A stretch of 63,581 nucleotides of DNA, the filler included, from Stramenopiles sp. TOSAG23-3 (lineage: Eukaryota): the NCBI GenBank assembly GCA_900128585.1. It is 26 parts of 26 records of this genome, joined end to end, with 100 filler letters (N's around TTAATTAATTAA, not from the genome) between each part and the next. Parts side by side here need not be neighbours in the genome. Positions count along the whole stretch, not along the records: positions 54,830 to 56,500 come from LT645547.1; positions 56,601 to 58,271 come from LT645548.1; positions 58,372 to 60,042 come from LT645549.1; positions 60,143 to 61,813 come from LT645550.1; positions 61,914 to 63,581 come from LT645551.1; 21 more parts are not named here. One strand, written 5' to 3'. Each line of letters starts with the position of its first letter. Positions within the stretch are counted from its first letter, which is position 1. Positions 55,148 through 63,581 of the stretch are shown one piece after another. The notes below the pieces were generated by a model. The model worked only from the letters and a program-made list of their open reading frames with translations. It was not told the DNA's origin and ran no database searches. The translations under genes were made by a program, and so were the position numbers.

Positions 55148-56500
55148 TCACTTTAAATGAAGAAGGGATGAAGGCAGCGAGTGTAACTCAATATACTTGT
55201 CACTCCTAACACGTCTTTCCAGTTTTGACATGGACCGTTCTTGTTTCTCATCTAGAACACCATGGGAATTACGAATGTCGTGCAAGACTCCCGTCATCAA
55301 ATTCGCAGGCGTTCGTAAAACGTACAGCCATCGTGCGAATATTATGCATGCGTTCAATGACGCCTCCATTGACATCGAATACTGACTTCGGTAACACAGC
55401 ATGCCGGTGCAAATGCACTTTTTGTAGTCTTCAGGACTAGCACTATCAATGCATTCAGCCATCTCCCACATGATTTCTTCGAACTTCAAAAAATCGTAAT
55501 TACTGGCTTCAAGGTACTCGATCATCTCCCCCAGGCCTGGACTGCAATCGTCGCAGAAAAATTGCGAAAGCGCCTCCCAATCAGAAACAGATACTTTAGG
55601 CTTACATGCAGCAAATGGGCGGTTGCAAACGACAGAAACTTGGAACGCATCTGTTGAACCAAAGTGACTAGTGTGCTTCACAGGCATCCCGTCCAATATC
55701 GTTTGCCCGATCATTTCGTTGTCAATCGTTACGCTAATGCACCCGTTCTTGCCGTGCCGCACCAGCGACGGCAAAAATTCACGTTTATTTACCCTCAATA
55801 TCGTGTCGTCAAGTGATGAATGAACCTTGTCGCCGTACTGCCACAGCAGTGGGACGTCTATAGTACGCAAAAACCGCTTTATATTGGCTATGCACTGTAC
55901 AGCGCCTACGGGGACACTAAAGAACCTGCCTGGCAATTGGTGCGATTTAATGTAATTGAGGAGGGACGTGTTGGAAATTCTCGAATCAAAATGTCGAACT
56001 GTGCTAGTCCGCGATGTGGACACCCTCGCTTCGCTGACCAGTATTTCCAATGGGTTCGTATCAGCAGCTCCCCAGACATACACATCCGTCGGTAAGCTAT
56101 CAAAAAAGTAGTTTGAAAGCACTGCAAGCCCGGACGAAATGGATTTTAACTCCAACATTTCCCCCGAAGATACCAGCTTGAGACCAGTCATGTCGGTGCT
56201 TAAGCAGTCCCAGCATGAAAAATCTACAATTCCCAAGCCAACATACTCCTCAAAAACCTTTGCTGTGCTACGATTGACGACGACATCTTCGCATATGTCG
56301 CAGAGAATAAACTTGAACGGAAATTTATCTAACGAGTAAGTTTTCAGCAAGCACCGTATCACCAAGTAGCCAAGCTTCATATGGCCGCCACCTAATTCAA
56401 ATACATACATGGGCTGCGTACGGCTGTTTACGAATTGTCTATAAAACTGGTCAATTCTATCAGCGTAGCTTCGAGCAATGAAATTGCTGGAACTTATGAT
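55148..56500 (-). CDS. SAM-dependent methyltransferase (MidA/NDUFAF7-related fold), 5' partial
   Basis: SSNFIARSYA; motif I YVFELGGGHMKLGY; FILCD; LSNYFFDSLPTD. Confidence 0.68.
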   Translation of the reverse strand: MISSSNFIARSYADRIDQFYRQFVNSRTQPMYVFELGGGHMKLGYLVIRCLLKTYSLDKFPFKFILCDICEDVVVNRSTAKVFEEYVGLGIVDFSCWDCLSTDMTGLKLVSSGEMLELKSISSGLAVLSNYFFDSLPTDVYVWGAADTNPLEILVSEARVSTSRTSTVRHFDSRISNTSLLNYIKSHQLPGRFFSVPVGAVQCIANIKRFLRTIDVPLLWQYGDKVHSSLDDTILRVNKREFLPSLVRHGKNGCISVTIDNEMIGQTILDGMPVKHTSHFGSTDAFQVSVVCNRPFAACKPKVSVSDWEALSQFFCDDCSPGLGEMIEYLEASNYDFLKFEEIMWEMAECIDSASPEDYKKCICTGMLCYRSQYSMSMEASLNACIIFARWLYVLRTPANLMTGVLHDIRNSHGVLDEKQERSMSKLERRVRSDKYIELHSLPSSLLHLK

Positions 56501-56600
56501 NNNNNNNNNNNNNNNNNNNNNNNNNNNNNNNNNNNNNNNNNNNNTTAATTAATTAANNNNNNNNNNNNNNNNNNNNNNNNNNNNNNNNNNNNNNNNNNNN

Positions 56601-56601
56601 T

Positions 56602-56666
<65 letters not shown>

Positions 56667-56677
56667 TTCTTCTTCTT
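56601..56677. repeat. (TTTC)n/(TTC)n microsatellite at contig start
   Basis: Directly visible. Confidence 0.95.
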
Positions 56678-57098
56678 TTTTATTTATATTTTTTTATATT
56701 TAGTTTATTAAAAAAATTACGAGGATATCGAGCATGTTGTTGGTTTTCGAGTTCCGGGGTAGGGTACAGAAGAAGGTATTCGCGTCGTTCATTGTAGTAC
56801 GGTACTCTGTTGTTTGTGTCTTTTGTTCGATCACACTGTATACCACTGTATTTCATATAAATGATAGGAAGACATAAATTACAACTATGAATGATAGTAG
56901 TATCTAAAATAATGAAGTATAGCAAACAAATTTCTCCGATTGTTCATCCTCTCCTCTTCTTCTTTCTTCTTCTTCTTCAATTATATTAATAATAAATATA
57001 AAAAATCTAAAAAACAATATTAGAGTATTGCTTAAAATAAATTATAATATTATTATTTGTATTATGTACTTTCAAATGGGTAAACAGATGGGTACCAT

Positions 57099-57899
57099 TT
57101 ATTGCTCCCCAAGTTTTATAGACTCTAGTTTGGATGCTATGGTTTTGCCCCGTTTGGCCCTCCTCCGACCTTTCGGGATGGTGGGGCGAGACAAGTGCTT
57201 CAATCCACCCGCCCCCGTATTGGCAGCACCGGCGTCTATGGTTGCATTGGCGACGCCGCCGCTGGGCGTTGAGGCAGACGAGGGTGGGGTACTTCTTGGG
57301 CCTACGTCCGACTTCGTTCGCCTGTTGGGGGGCGTTCCACCAAACATGGGAGGCGACCCTCCTGGAAACTTTAACTTCCCCGCTAATTCTGTGACACGAC
57401 GGCTGGATTTCTTTCCCGAGCCAAACCTGGGAGAGCCCTTACCCCCACTCCCCACGGCGGCGAGGCTACTTGCACTATTATTATTCTGGAAGGCAGCCAT
57501 CCTCTTTTGAAACGGTGTCAACTCTTTCTTTTCGCTATCGTCGGTATTTGCTACCGGGGTACTAGTGCTGCTTGCGGTTTCTTCCACCACAAACTTGGGC
57601 GCTGCCCTTGCCAGGGGCTCTGCTGCCTTCGCCAGGGGCTCTGCTGCCTTGGGGGTGGACACGACCGGTGATTTCTTTGCGAAGGACGAGGGAACGGGGG
57701 GTGTAAACGCCTTCCGGACCTGGGGGGAAGGTGGTGTTCCTTCGCTCTTGCTTTTTTGCATTGCTGCAATACGATCACGCACGCCGCCACCGGCCCTTCC
57801 GACTGGCGTCCTGCTATTGCTTCTTGAACTGTCAGACCCACTTCCCTCGCTGCTCTTTTTATTCAAAAGCGCGATGCGTTCCTTTATTGACATTGACAT
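57099..57899 (-). CDS. Disordered S/P/G-rich protein with CPI-like motif (CapZIP-like)
   Basis: Repeated SIKERIALL, VRDRIAAMQ, FQKRMAAFQ and VTELAGKL; C-terminal LKHLSRPTIPKGRRR. Confidence 0.62.
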   Translation of the reverse strand: MSMSIKERIALLNKKSSEGSGSDSSRSNSRTPVGRAGGGVRDRIAAMQKSKSEGTPPSPQVRKAFTPPVPSSFAKKSPVVSTPKAAEPLAKAAEPLARAAPKFVVEETASSTSTPVANTDDSEKKELTPFQKRMAAFQNNNSASSLAAVGSGGKGSPRFGSGKKSSRRVTELAGKLKFPGGSPPMFGGTPPNRRTKSDVGPRSTPPSSASTPSGGVANATIDAGAANTGAGGLKHLSRPTIPKGRRRAKRGKTIASKLESIKLGEQ

Positions 57900-58550
57900 G
57901 GTGGGTGGTTGGCCTCGCGCTTTCTTCCAGATAACTTCAAACAGTGCTCGCTGGGAATACAGACTGTGGCGATGAAACTCTCTTCTTGTACAGCAAAATT
58001 TCTCTTGCTTTTTTATGTTTTTTGTTAAATCTTACGTTTGATTTTTTTCTAAACATTTCCCAATTATTTAACACTTATTATTATAACGGTCTCAAAAGGA
58101 AGAAGTTTAATTAAATAAAGAAAGTAGATGATGATGATCAGAGAAGAAGAAGATATTATTTATTTTTATTATTATTTGAGAGATTAAATAAGGCCCAAAA
58201 AGAGGAAGTGTTGGTGATTAAATTATAAAATTATAAAATAATTATTATAAAAAAAAAAGAAGAAATGAAAANNNNNNNNNNNNNNNNNNNNNNNNNNNNN
58301 NNNNNNNNNNNNNNNTTAATTAATTAANNNNNNNNNNNNNNNNNNNNNNNNNNNNNNNNNNNNNNNNNNNNTACTACTACAATTATTATAGAAGACCGAT
58401 ATATATGTTTTAAGCTATACCAAGTAAGAAGAAGAGATCAAAACATCCGTACATACGGGAAACAAGAACACAGTGAAACTTTATACTCGCGTATGAGTGT
58501 GCGCGATCCTGGTTGTGGTGGTAGTAGTAGTATATTATAGATTTATAGAT

Positions 58551-59822
58551 ATGAAGGAGAAAAACAATTTTGCGGACGCTCCTGGTTGGAAGGACTCGTC
58601 TTCGCGCGCAGAACTTGACCCATTTTCTGGGCCTACTTGTTGGAAGTGCAAGGGGGCGAAATCGGTAAACTGCAAAAAAGGAAACTCCAAGGCATGTCCG
58701 GCGTGTAAGGGGAGGGGTTATATGAAATCATTAAAGGGGAAAGCGAAGCACACGCTATCGAAGGGGGTCGTGCGGTTTGGAAACCGGCCGAACAGCTACC
58801 GTACCCCGGGGCCAGTGCCAATAGGAAACCCCAAAAACAAGCCACGTTTGGTCCCACAGGACGGCGAGGAACTTTGCTTTCTATGCGGCCATTACAAAAT
58901 TTTTCAAGCAATAAAAGGCCATAGATTTTCCACAGACGACGTTTGTACGGCGTGGTATGCAGGAATTGTTGCGAAACGGGAGAAGTTGAAGGTCGCCCGG
59001 CACATTGACTTGGGCTGTGGTATTGGTAGCGTTCTACTCATGGTAGCGTGGCAGTTTCAGTCGTGCCAGTCCACAGGAATTGAAGCCCAACAGAGAAGTT
59101 TTGGCATGTGTAAGCGATCCATTGAATACAACATAGGAGATGGATATGCTGGAGGAAAATGTAGGGTCAGCACCAAGCATGGAAATATTGAAAATGTTGC
59201 TCAGTTTTTTCCCTCCGCAAAGAATAGCTGCGACCTGGTAACTGGGACCCCTCCGTACTTTGACACGAAGATGAACAAATCGAAAAATGGGCGGAACAAG
59301 CCATCGGGTGAAAACAGGGCCCATCGGCTGACCAGTTACGGGGGAATCCCAACGTGCTTGCAATCCGCCCCCGCACGGTACGAATTTAGGGGGGGGATCG
59401 AAGTTTATTGCAAGGCAGCAGCTTACTGTCTGAAAGACACCGGGCGGTTCGTTGTTTGTGAGGGACTCCTGCGGTTGAATGCCTCCAGGGTAGAAAACGC
59501 TGCACGTGACAATGGGCTGGTAATCGTCTCGCGAGTCGATGTTTTCGGGTTGAAAGGCAAGCAAGAGCCCCTGTTTGCTGTGTATGAGATGGCAAAATGT
59601 GAGCCCAACAGTGCCTTCCCTGGGCTCCCAAGAGTCCAAAAGCTCATAGTTCGGACGAAGCATTTGGTACACAGCAACGATTACTGCAATCTTCTTCGCA
59701 CAATGGGAATTCCAAACTCCAAAGATTTCCAAAAGTTTCGCTCAGAGCGACGGGTTGCCCACAAAATAGCGTTAGGGGTTGCCCTTGCGTTTGGGGCACT
59801 GTCTATGAGCTTTATAAAGTAA
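58551..59822 (+). CDS. tRNA (adenine37-N6) methyltransferase-like protein (TrmN6/YfiC family) with N-terminal CxxCxG zinc finger
   Basis: IFQ..KGHRFSTDD; IDLGCGIGSV; GIEAQ; DLVTGTPPYF; ARYEFRG; CWKCKG...CPACKG. Confidence 0.8.
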   Translation: MKEKNNFADAPGWKDSSSRAELDPFSGPTCWKCKGAKSVNCKKGNSKACPACKGRGYMKSLKGKAKHTLSKGVVRFGNRPNSYRTPGPVPIGNPKNKPRLVPQDGEELCFLCGHYKIFQAIKGHRFSTDDVCTAWYAGIVAKREKLKVARHIDLGCGIGSVLLMVAWQFQSCQSTGIEAQQRSFGMCKRSIEYNIGDGYAGGKCRVSTKHGNIENVAQFFPSAKNSCDLVTGTPPYFDTKMNKSKNGRNKPSGENRAHRLTSYGGIPTCLQSAPARYEFRGGIEVYCKAAAYCLKDTGRFVVCEGLLRLNASRVENAARDNGLVIVSRVDVFGLKGKQEPLFAVYEMAKCEPNSAFPGLPRVQKLIVRTKHLVHSNDYCNLLRTMGIPNSKDFQKFRSERRVAHKIALGVALAFGALSMSFIK

Positions 59823-60144
59823 TATATTCTCTGGAAACTGAAAATGATGTTCTCCGGAGTGTATCTATTTTCAAATATGTAAAAAGGAAAAAACAATTTC
59901 TCTCGAAAACCTGCTAAAACCTTCCAAATTTTATATATTAAAAAATAATCACAAATTACGTATTATAAAATATCATACTTTTTTTTTTCTTCTATATGCA
60001 GCACGATGACATCTAAGGTAAAACATTCTTCCTCTGCTGCCANNNNNNNNNNNNNNNNNNNNNNNNNNNNNNNNNNNNNNNNNNNNTTAATTAATTAANN
60101 NNNNNNNNNNNNNNNNNNNNNNNNNNNNNNNNNNNNNNNNNNAT

Positions 60145-61813
60145 CCATTGTATAATGAAATAAGCACCATTTTGAACCTTCTTGATCCATGGCACGCGAA
60201 GGAAGCAAACGATGAGCTTGAGAAGGCCATCAGAAACATTAGAAAAAAGGAGAATCTGAATGCAAAAATACCCTGTTCTCTAATCGTTCTAGTAAAAAAT
60301 AGGGCATTTCATTGGAACCGCCAGAGCCATTTTGTAGAGTTGAAAACGCATAGGGATGCCAATATTGAGCCCCTGCGCCTAGTCTTTGAAATGAACACAC
60401 CGCACGCGGTCCGAGGGCATTCGATTGGCCTCCGACTACCACCAAAGTTGTGGCCTGTCCACATTGTTGGACTTGACTGCCAGTCTTTCTGGAATCGAAA
60501 GGTTACCTTTCCGCTGCCAACAAATGTTGTGCCGGAGCTAGAAGGGGTTATGAGATCCGTGGCTGTGGAGCTCTTTTTAGGGGAAACTACTGTTTTCCCC
60601 TGGTATGACGATCCGTGGTATAATGCAATAATCAACGGCGATACGACCGGCGCGAAAAACAGTCTGAAAATGTTACCGTTCTCGAAACGTCGTTTATACT
60701 CTTTAGATATTGAAAGACCGGCAAAGAAAGATTTCACACTTTTGCACATTGCATCACAATATAACCGCATTGAAATTGTTGCCATGTTATTGTCACAATG
60801 TTCAATTGGTGATTTCGATGATGATGATGATGCAACCTTTTGGTATTGGAATGCAAGTGAATGGCTAAAGCATTGTGACAATGCAGAGCGGATTGCTCGT
60901 CAAAATGGTCACATGGAAATCGTAAATATGCTACGTGAAAAAATATTGCTCATTGCATCAAAAACTGGCGACATTAGACATGTAAAATGGCCGTTGGCAA
61001 AACACGAATGTAACGTTTATTCAAAAACAGAACAAGGACTTACTCCATTGCACATCGCATCCCAAGAGGGCTGCGTGGAATTGGTAAGAATGCTGTTGGG
61101 AAAACGCGAATGTAACGTCAATGCAAAAACAGAACAAGGAGCAATCTTAAGCTTAACGAAAATAAAAGAAAAAACAAAACCTAGGCTAGGTTGGTGGTTA
61201 TGGGTTTGCAATGTTTTCTTAGTTGCTTGTTTACAGGTGGCATGCCTTTGGTTTGGTATTGTCTGGAAGATACCTATTGTTGTCTGCTGCGGTGGCTGTG
61301 GGCTAGTACGACTCATCCTCTATGTTATTTGTCTTTGTAAGAATGAAGATCCGGGTTGGTGTAGTTTTTGGGTATTCTTGGGGTATATCGTTTCGTTCAT
61401 CGCAATGCACTGGCGTGCATACACTCTTAACATTGCAAGTTATAGTCTGTTTTTCTTCTGTTTCTTGTCCAGTGTACTTGTAAATTTCTACGTGGGGCGT
61501 AAAATTGAATCGCAGTCAGGGTGGACACCACTGCATATTGCATCCCTGCTGGGAAATACAGAAGTGGTAAAATTGTTGTTGGCCTGTCCAGAAATTGATA
61601 TCATGATAGTGAACAGCGATAACCATACTGCATTAGATATCGCGGTTAAATGGAAAGCGACTGAAGTTAAGAATTTATTGCTTGGTTCTTATTTTGTCTA
61701 TAATTGCGACATATGCGATGTCCCTATTGAAGGTCAGCGGTTCCACTGCAGCACATGCGAAGACTTTGATCTCTGTGTCATATGTTACAAAAATCACCAA
61801 AAATACAATTTGC
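60145..61813 (+). CDS. Ankyrin repeat + membrane block + ZZ zinc finger protein, partial
   Basis: TLLHIASQYN, GLTPLHIASQEG, GWTPLHIASLLG and TALDIA; about four hydrophobic segments; ZZ finger CDIC...GQRFHCSTCEDFDLCVICY. Confidence 0.85.
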
Positions 61814-61915
61814 NNNNNNNNNNNNNNNNNNNNNNNNNNNNNNNNNNNNNNNNNNNNTTAATTAATTAANNNNNNNNNNNNNNNNNNNNNNNNNNNNNNN
61901 NNNNNNNNNNNNNTG

Positions 61916-62668
61916 GCGTGGGCGTTAGACGAGATGAACCATATGGCGGCGTGCCACAGTATCGGAGATATGGTTGCATTTGTTCCGCCAACGAACTCGA
62001 TTTATGCGAAACTCAATGTCCAAATTGCTGAGATTGTCGCTATAGAAGTTAAGGGCAAACAGGAAACGGTACGGGTACATTTGTACAGCCCAGACAGCGA
62101 CAAAGGAATAAATGATAAGTATGCACACAAGAGACCGTGGTATCCATTAATGAAAGTCGGTCCGAATGGGTACCAAATGCAAAAAGAGAAACCGAAAAAT
62201 TTGACTCGGGGTGTCATGCAAGCGCGATTGATCAAGGAACTAAAGGTAGAGGATATCCTTCCCATTCCGCCGTTGAAGATGGAATCGGGTAACGTAATTA
62301 GTGTTGATGATCAGAGGCGAATTCGTGAGGCAGTGAATAATGGAGAAGCGCAGGATCTCCGAATCACTGGGAAAAAACGGAAATATGTCGATCGGGACCC
62401 TCGTCAGTATTGGTATGTGCGATACACGAGTGTAAAGACGTTTGCAAAAACGGGGGTAAATATCGATGGTAAAGCGGAATCTGTAAAGAGAGTGCCAGTA
62501 AATATACATAGGCTCGCGTTGCGGGAGGCATGGGCTCATGATCCAATGCGATGGATCAAACAGATTCAAAGTTGGCGACTCGACGAGTGGCGAACTAGAA
62601 GGACTGCAAGGCGACCGAAAGGAACGTCGACTATGAGTGGTCAAGGGGAAGACTCAATAAGGGCTTGA
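61916..62668 (+). CDS. Hypothetical protein, 5' partial, followed by decayed coding-like sequence
   Basis: About 250 open codons from the contig edge, with a beta-rich segment GDMVAFV...IAEIVAI...VRVHLY. Downstream, 62669-63581 has coding-like composition but is broken by stops. Confidence 0.45.
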   Translation, partial: AWALDEMNHMAACHSIGDMVAFVPPTNSIYAKLNVQIAEIVAIEVKGKQETVRVHLYSPDSDKGINDKYAHKRPWYPLMKVGPNGYQMQKEKPKNLTRGVMQARLIKELKVEDILPIPPLKMESGNVISVDDQRRIREAVNNGEAQDLRITGKKRKYVDRDPRQYWYVRYTSVKTFAKTGVNIDGKAESVKRVPVNIHRLALREAWAHDPMRWIKQIQSWRLDEWRTRRTARRPKGTSTMSGQGEDSIRA

Positions 62669-63581
62669 ATTAAAGCGGATGAAGGAGTCTTTCGAAAATG
62701 TATACAGAGGGAAAGATACTTGAAGCATGGCGTCATGAACCATGTGAGGTAAGGAGCTTTTCTGAAGGAGAGAAAGAAGATTTGCGTGGCTGCACGAAAT
62801 TTTACAAATTTAGTAACGAACATTTGGTGACAGACGAACGAGAACCGACAGTGATTTACGGGATTGGAACGAGTTGAGGAATTAGGTGCAGGGGTTAGTA
62901 GGTTGTTAACCACCTTTTTCTTTCTTCAAGGGGTAAGCGTTTGTTAGTGCGAATTTTAGATGATCTGAAACAGGGCCAAGAAGGCACTGGGGAGGATGAT
63001 TGTCGACATCGAGGTAGGCGGATATGAGTCGTGCTTGAGCACCACTTAGGTAAGGGCCATACTCCTGCAAGGCAAGAGCCACGCGGGGATGCAGTATGTC
63101 ACGACGGAGGGCGTAGCTTTTAGCGACGTCACTCGGCCTCAGACCGCCGGACCTTTTTCTTTTTTTTGTTAGCGTTTTTACGGCTACGACGACGACGATT
63201 TTGCAAGTACAACGAATTTAGGATGAGTACGGACATGTTTTCCAAGAAAGGGGGGAATGTGAGAATCGGAAAGTTCGAGTTCACGGATGTTGGAAGACTT
63301 CGAGAAGACTTTGGACGATGTTTGTGCGTGAGGAAGTTTGGGACAACAACCTGAACGATTCGCAAAATATCTACCTTCGAGTTCTTAGTTTTCTAGCATG
63401 TACAGAGCAGGCGAAATGCGAAGGATGGAGGACGAGCTGGAAAGTAAGTCCGACAACAGGCTTGTAGCATGAAGAGCTGAAGTCTTCCGAAACATCAAGA
63501 TAAAAATCATGATGAGAGAGGAAGAACTCTGAAGTTCGCTACGAGGTTCCTTTTGAACGTCTAGTACCGATCGAGCGTTCC

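Noticed and set aside
1-63581. rRNA, tRNA or snRNA genes
   Set aside because: I recognised no cloverleaf or conserved rRNA/snRNA signature by eye; tRNAscan-SE and Infernal would be needed to exclude them.

Overview
This window is not contiguous DNA. It holds 26 separate contigs (two of about 10.35 kb, then 24 of 1693 down to 1668 bp) joined by 25 identical 100-nt artificial linkers (N44-TTAATTAATTAA-N44), so adjacency across linkers has no biological meaning. The content is eukaryotic: intron-poor genes, short GT-AG introns and AT-rich intergenic DNA with microsatellites. Flagellar/centriolar genes (ODF3/SHIPPO-like, Sfi1-like, PKD2-like) suggest a flagellated protist; a stramenopile single-cell or metagenome-assembled genome is my inference. 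About 28 genes or gene fragments can be assigned by motif. The main observations are: (1) a decayed multi-module repeat family on four contigs, derived from an OTU-protease-like gene, with a 36-bp-arm hairpin and sitting just downstream of host stop codons; (2) an imperfect palindrome of about 615 bp or more in a divergent promoter; (3) unusual domain architectures, including FYVE fused to a CNBD-type channel lacking GYG, a Schlafen/DUF2075-like SF1 helicase, a UBAP2L/GIP1-like protein with an exact FGDF motif, and an ankyrin repeat split by a membrane block. I recognised no rRNA, tRNA or CRISPR array. All family calls come from reading motifs by eye, not from database searches.
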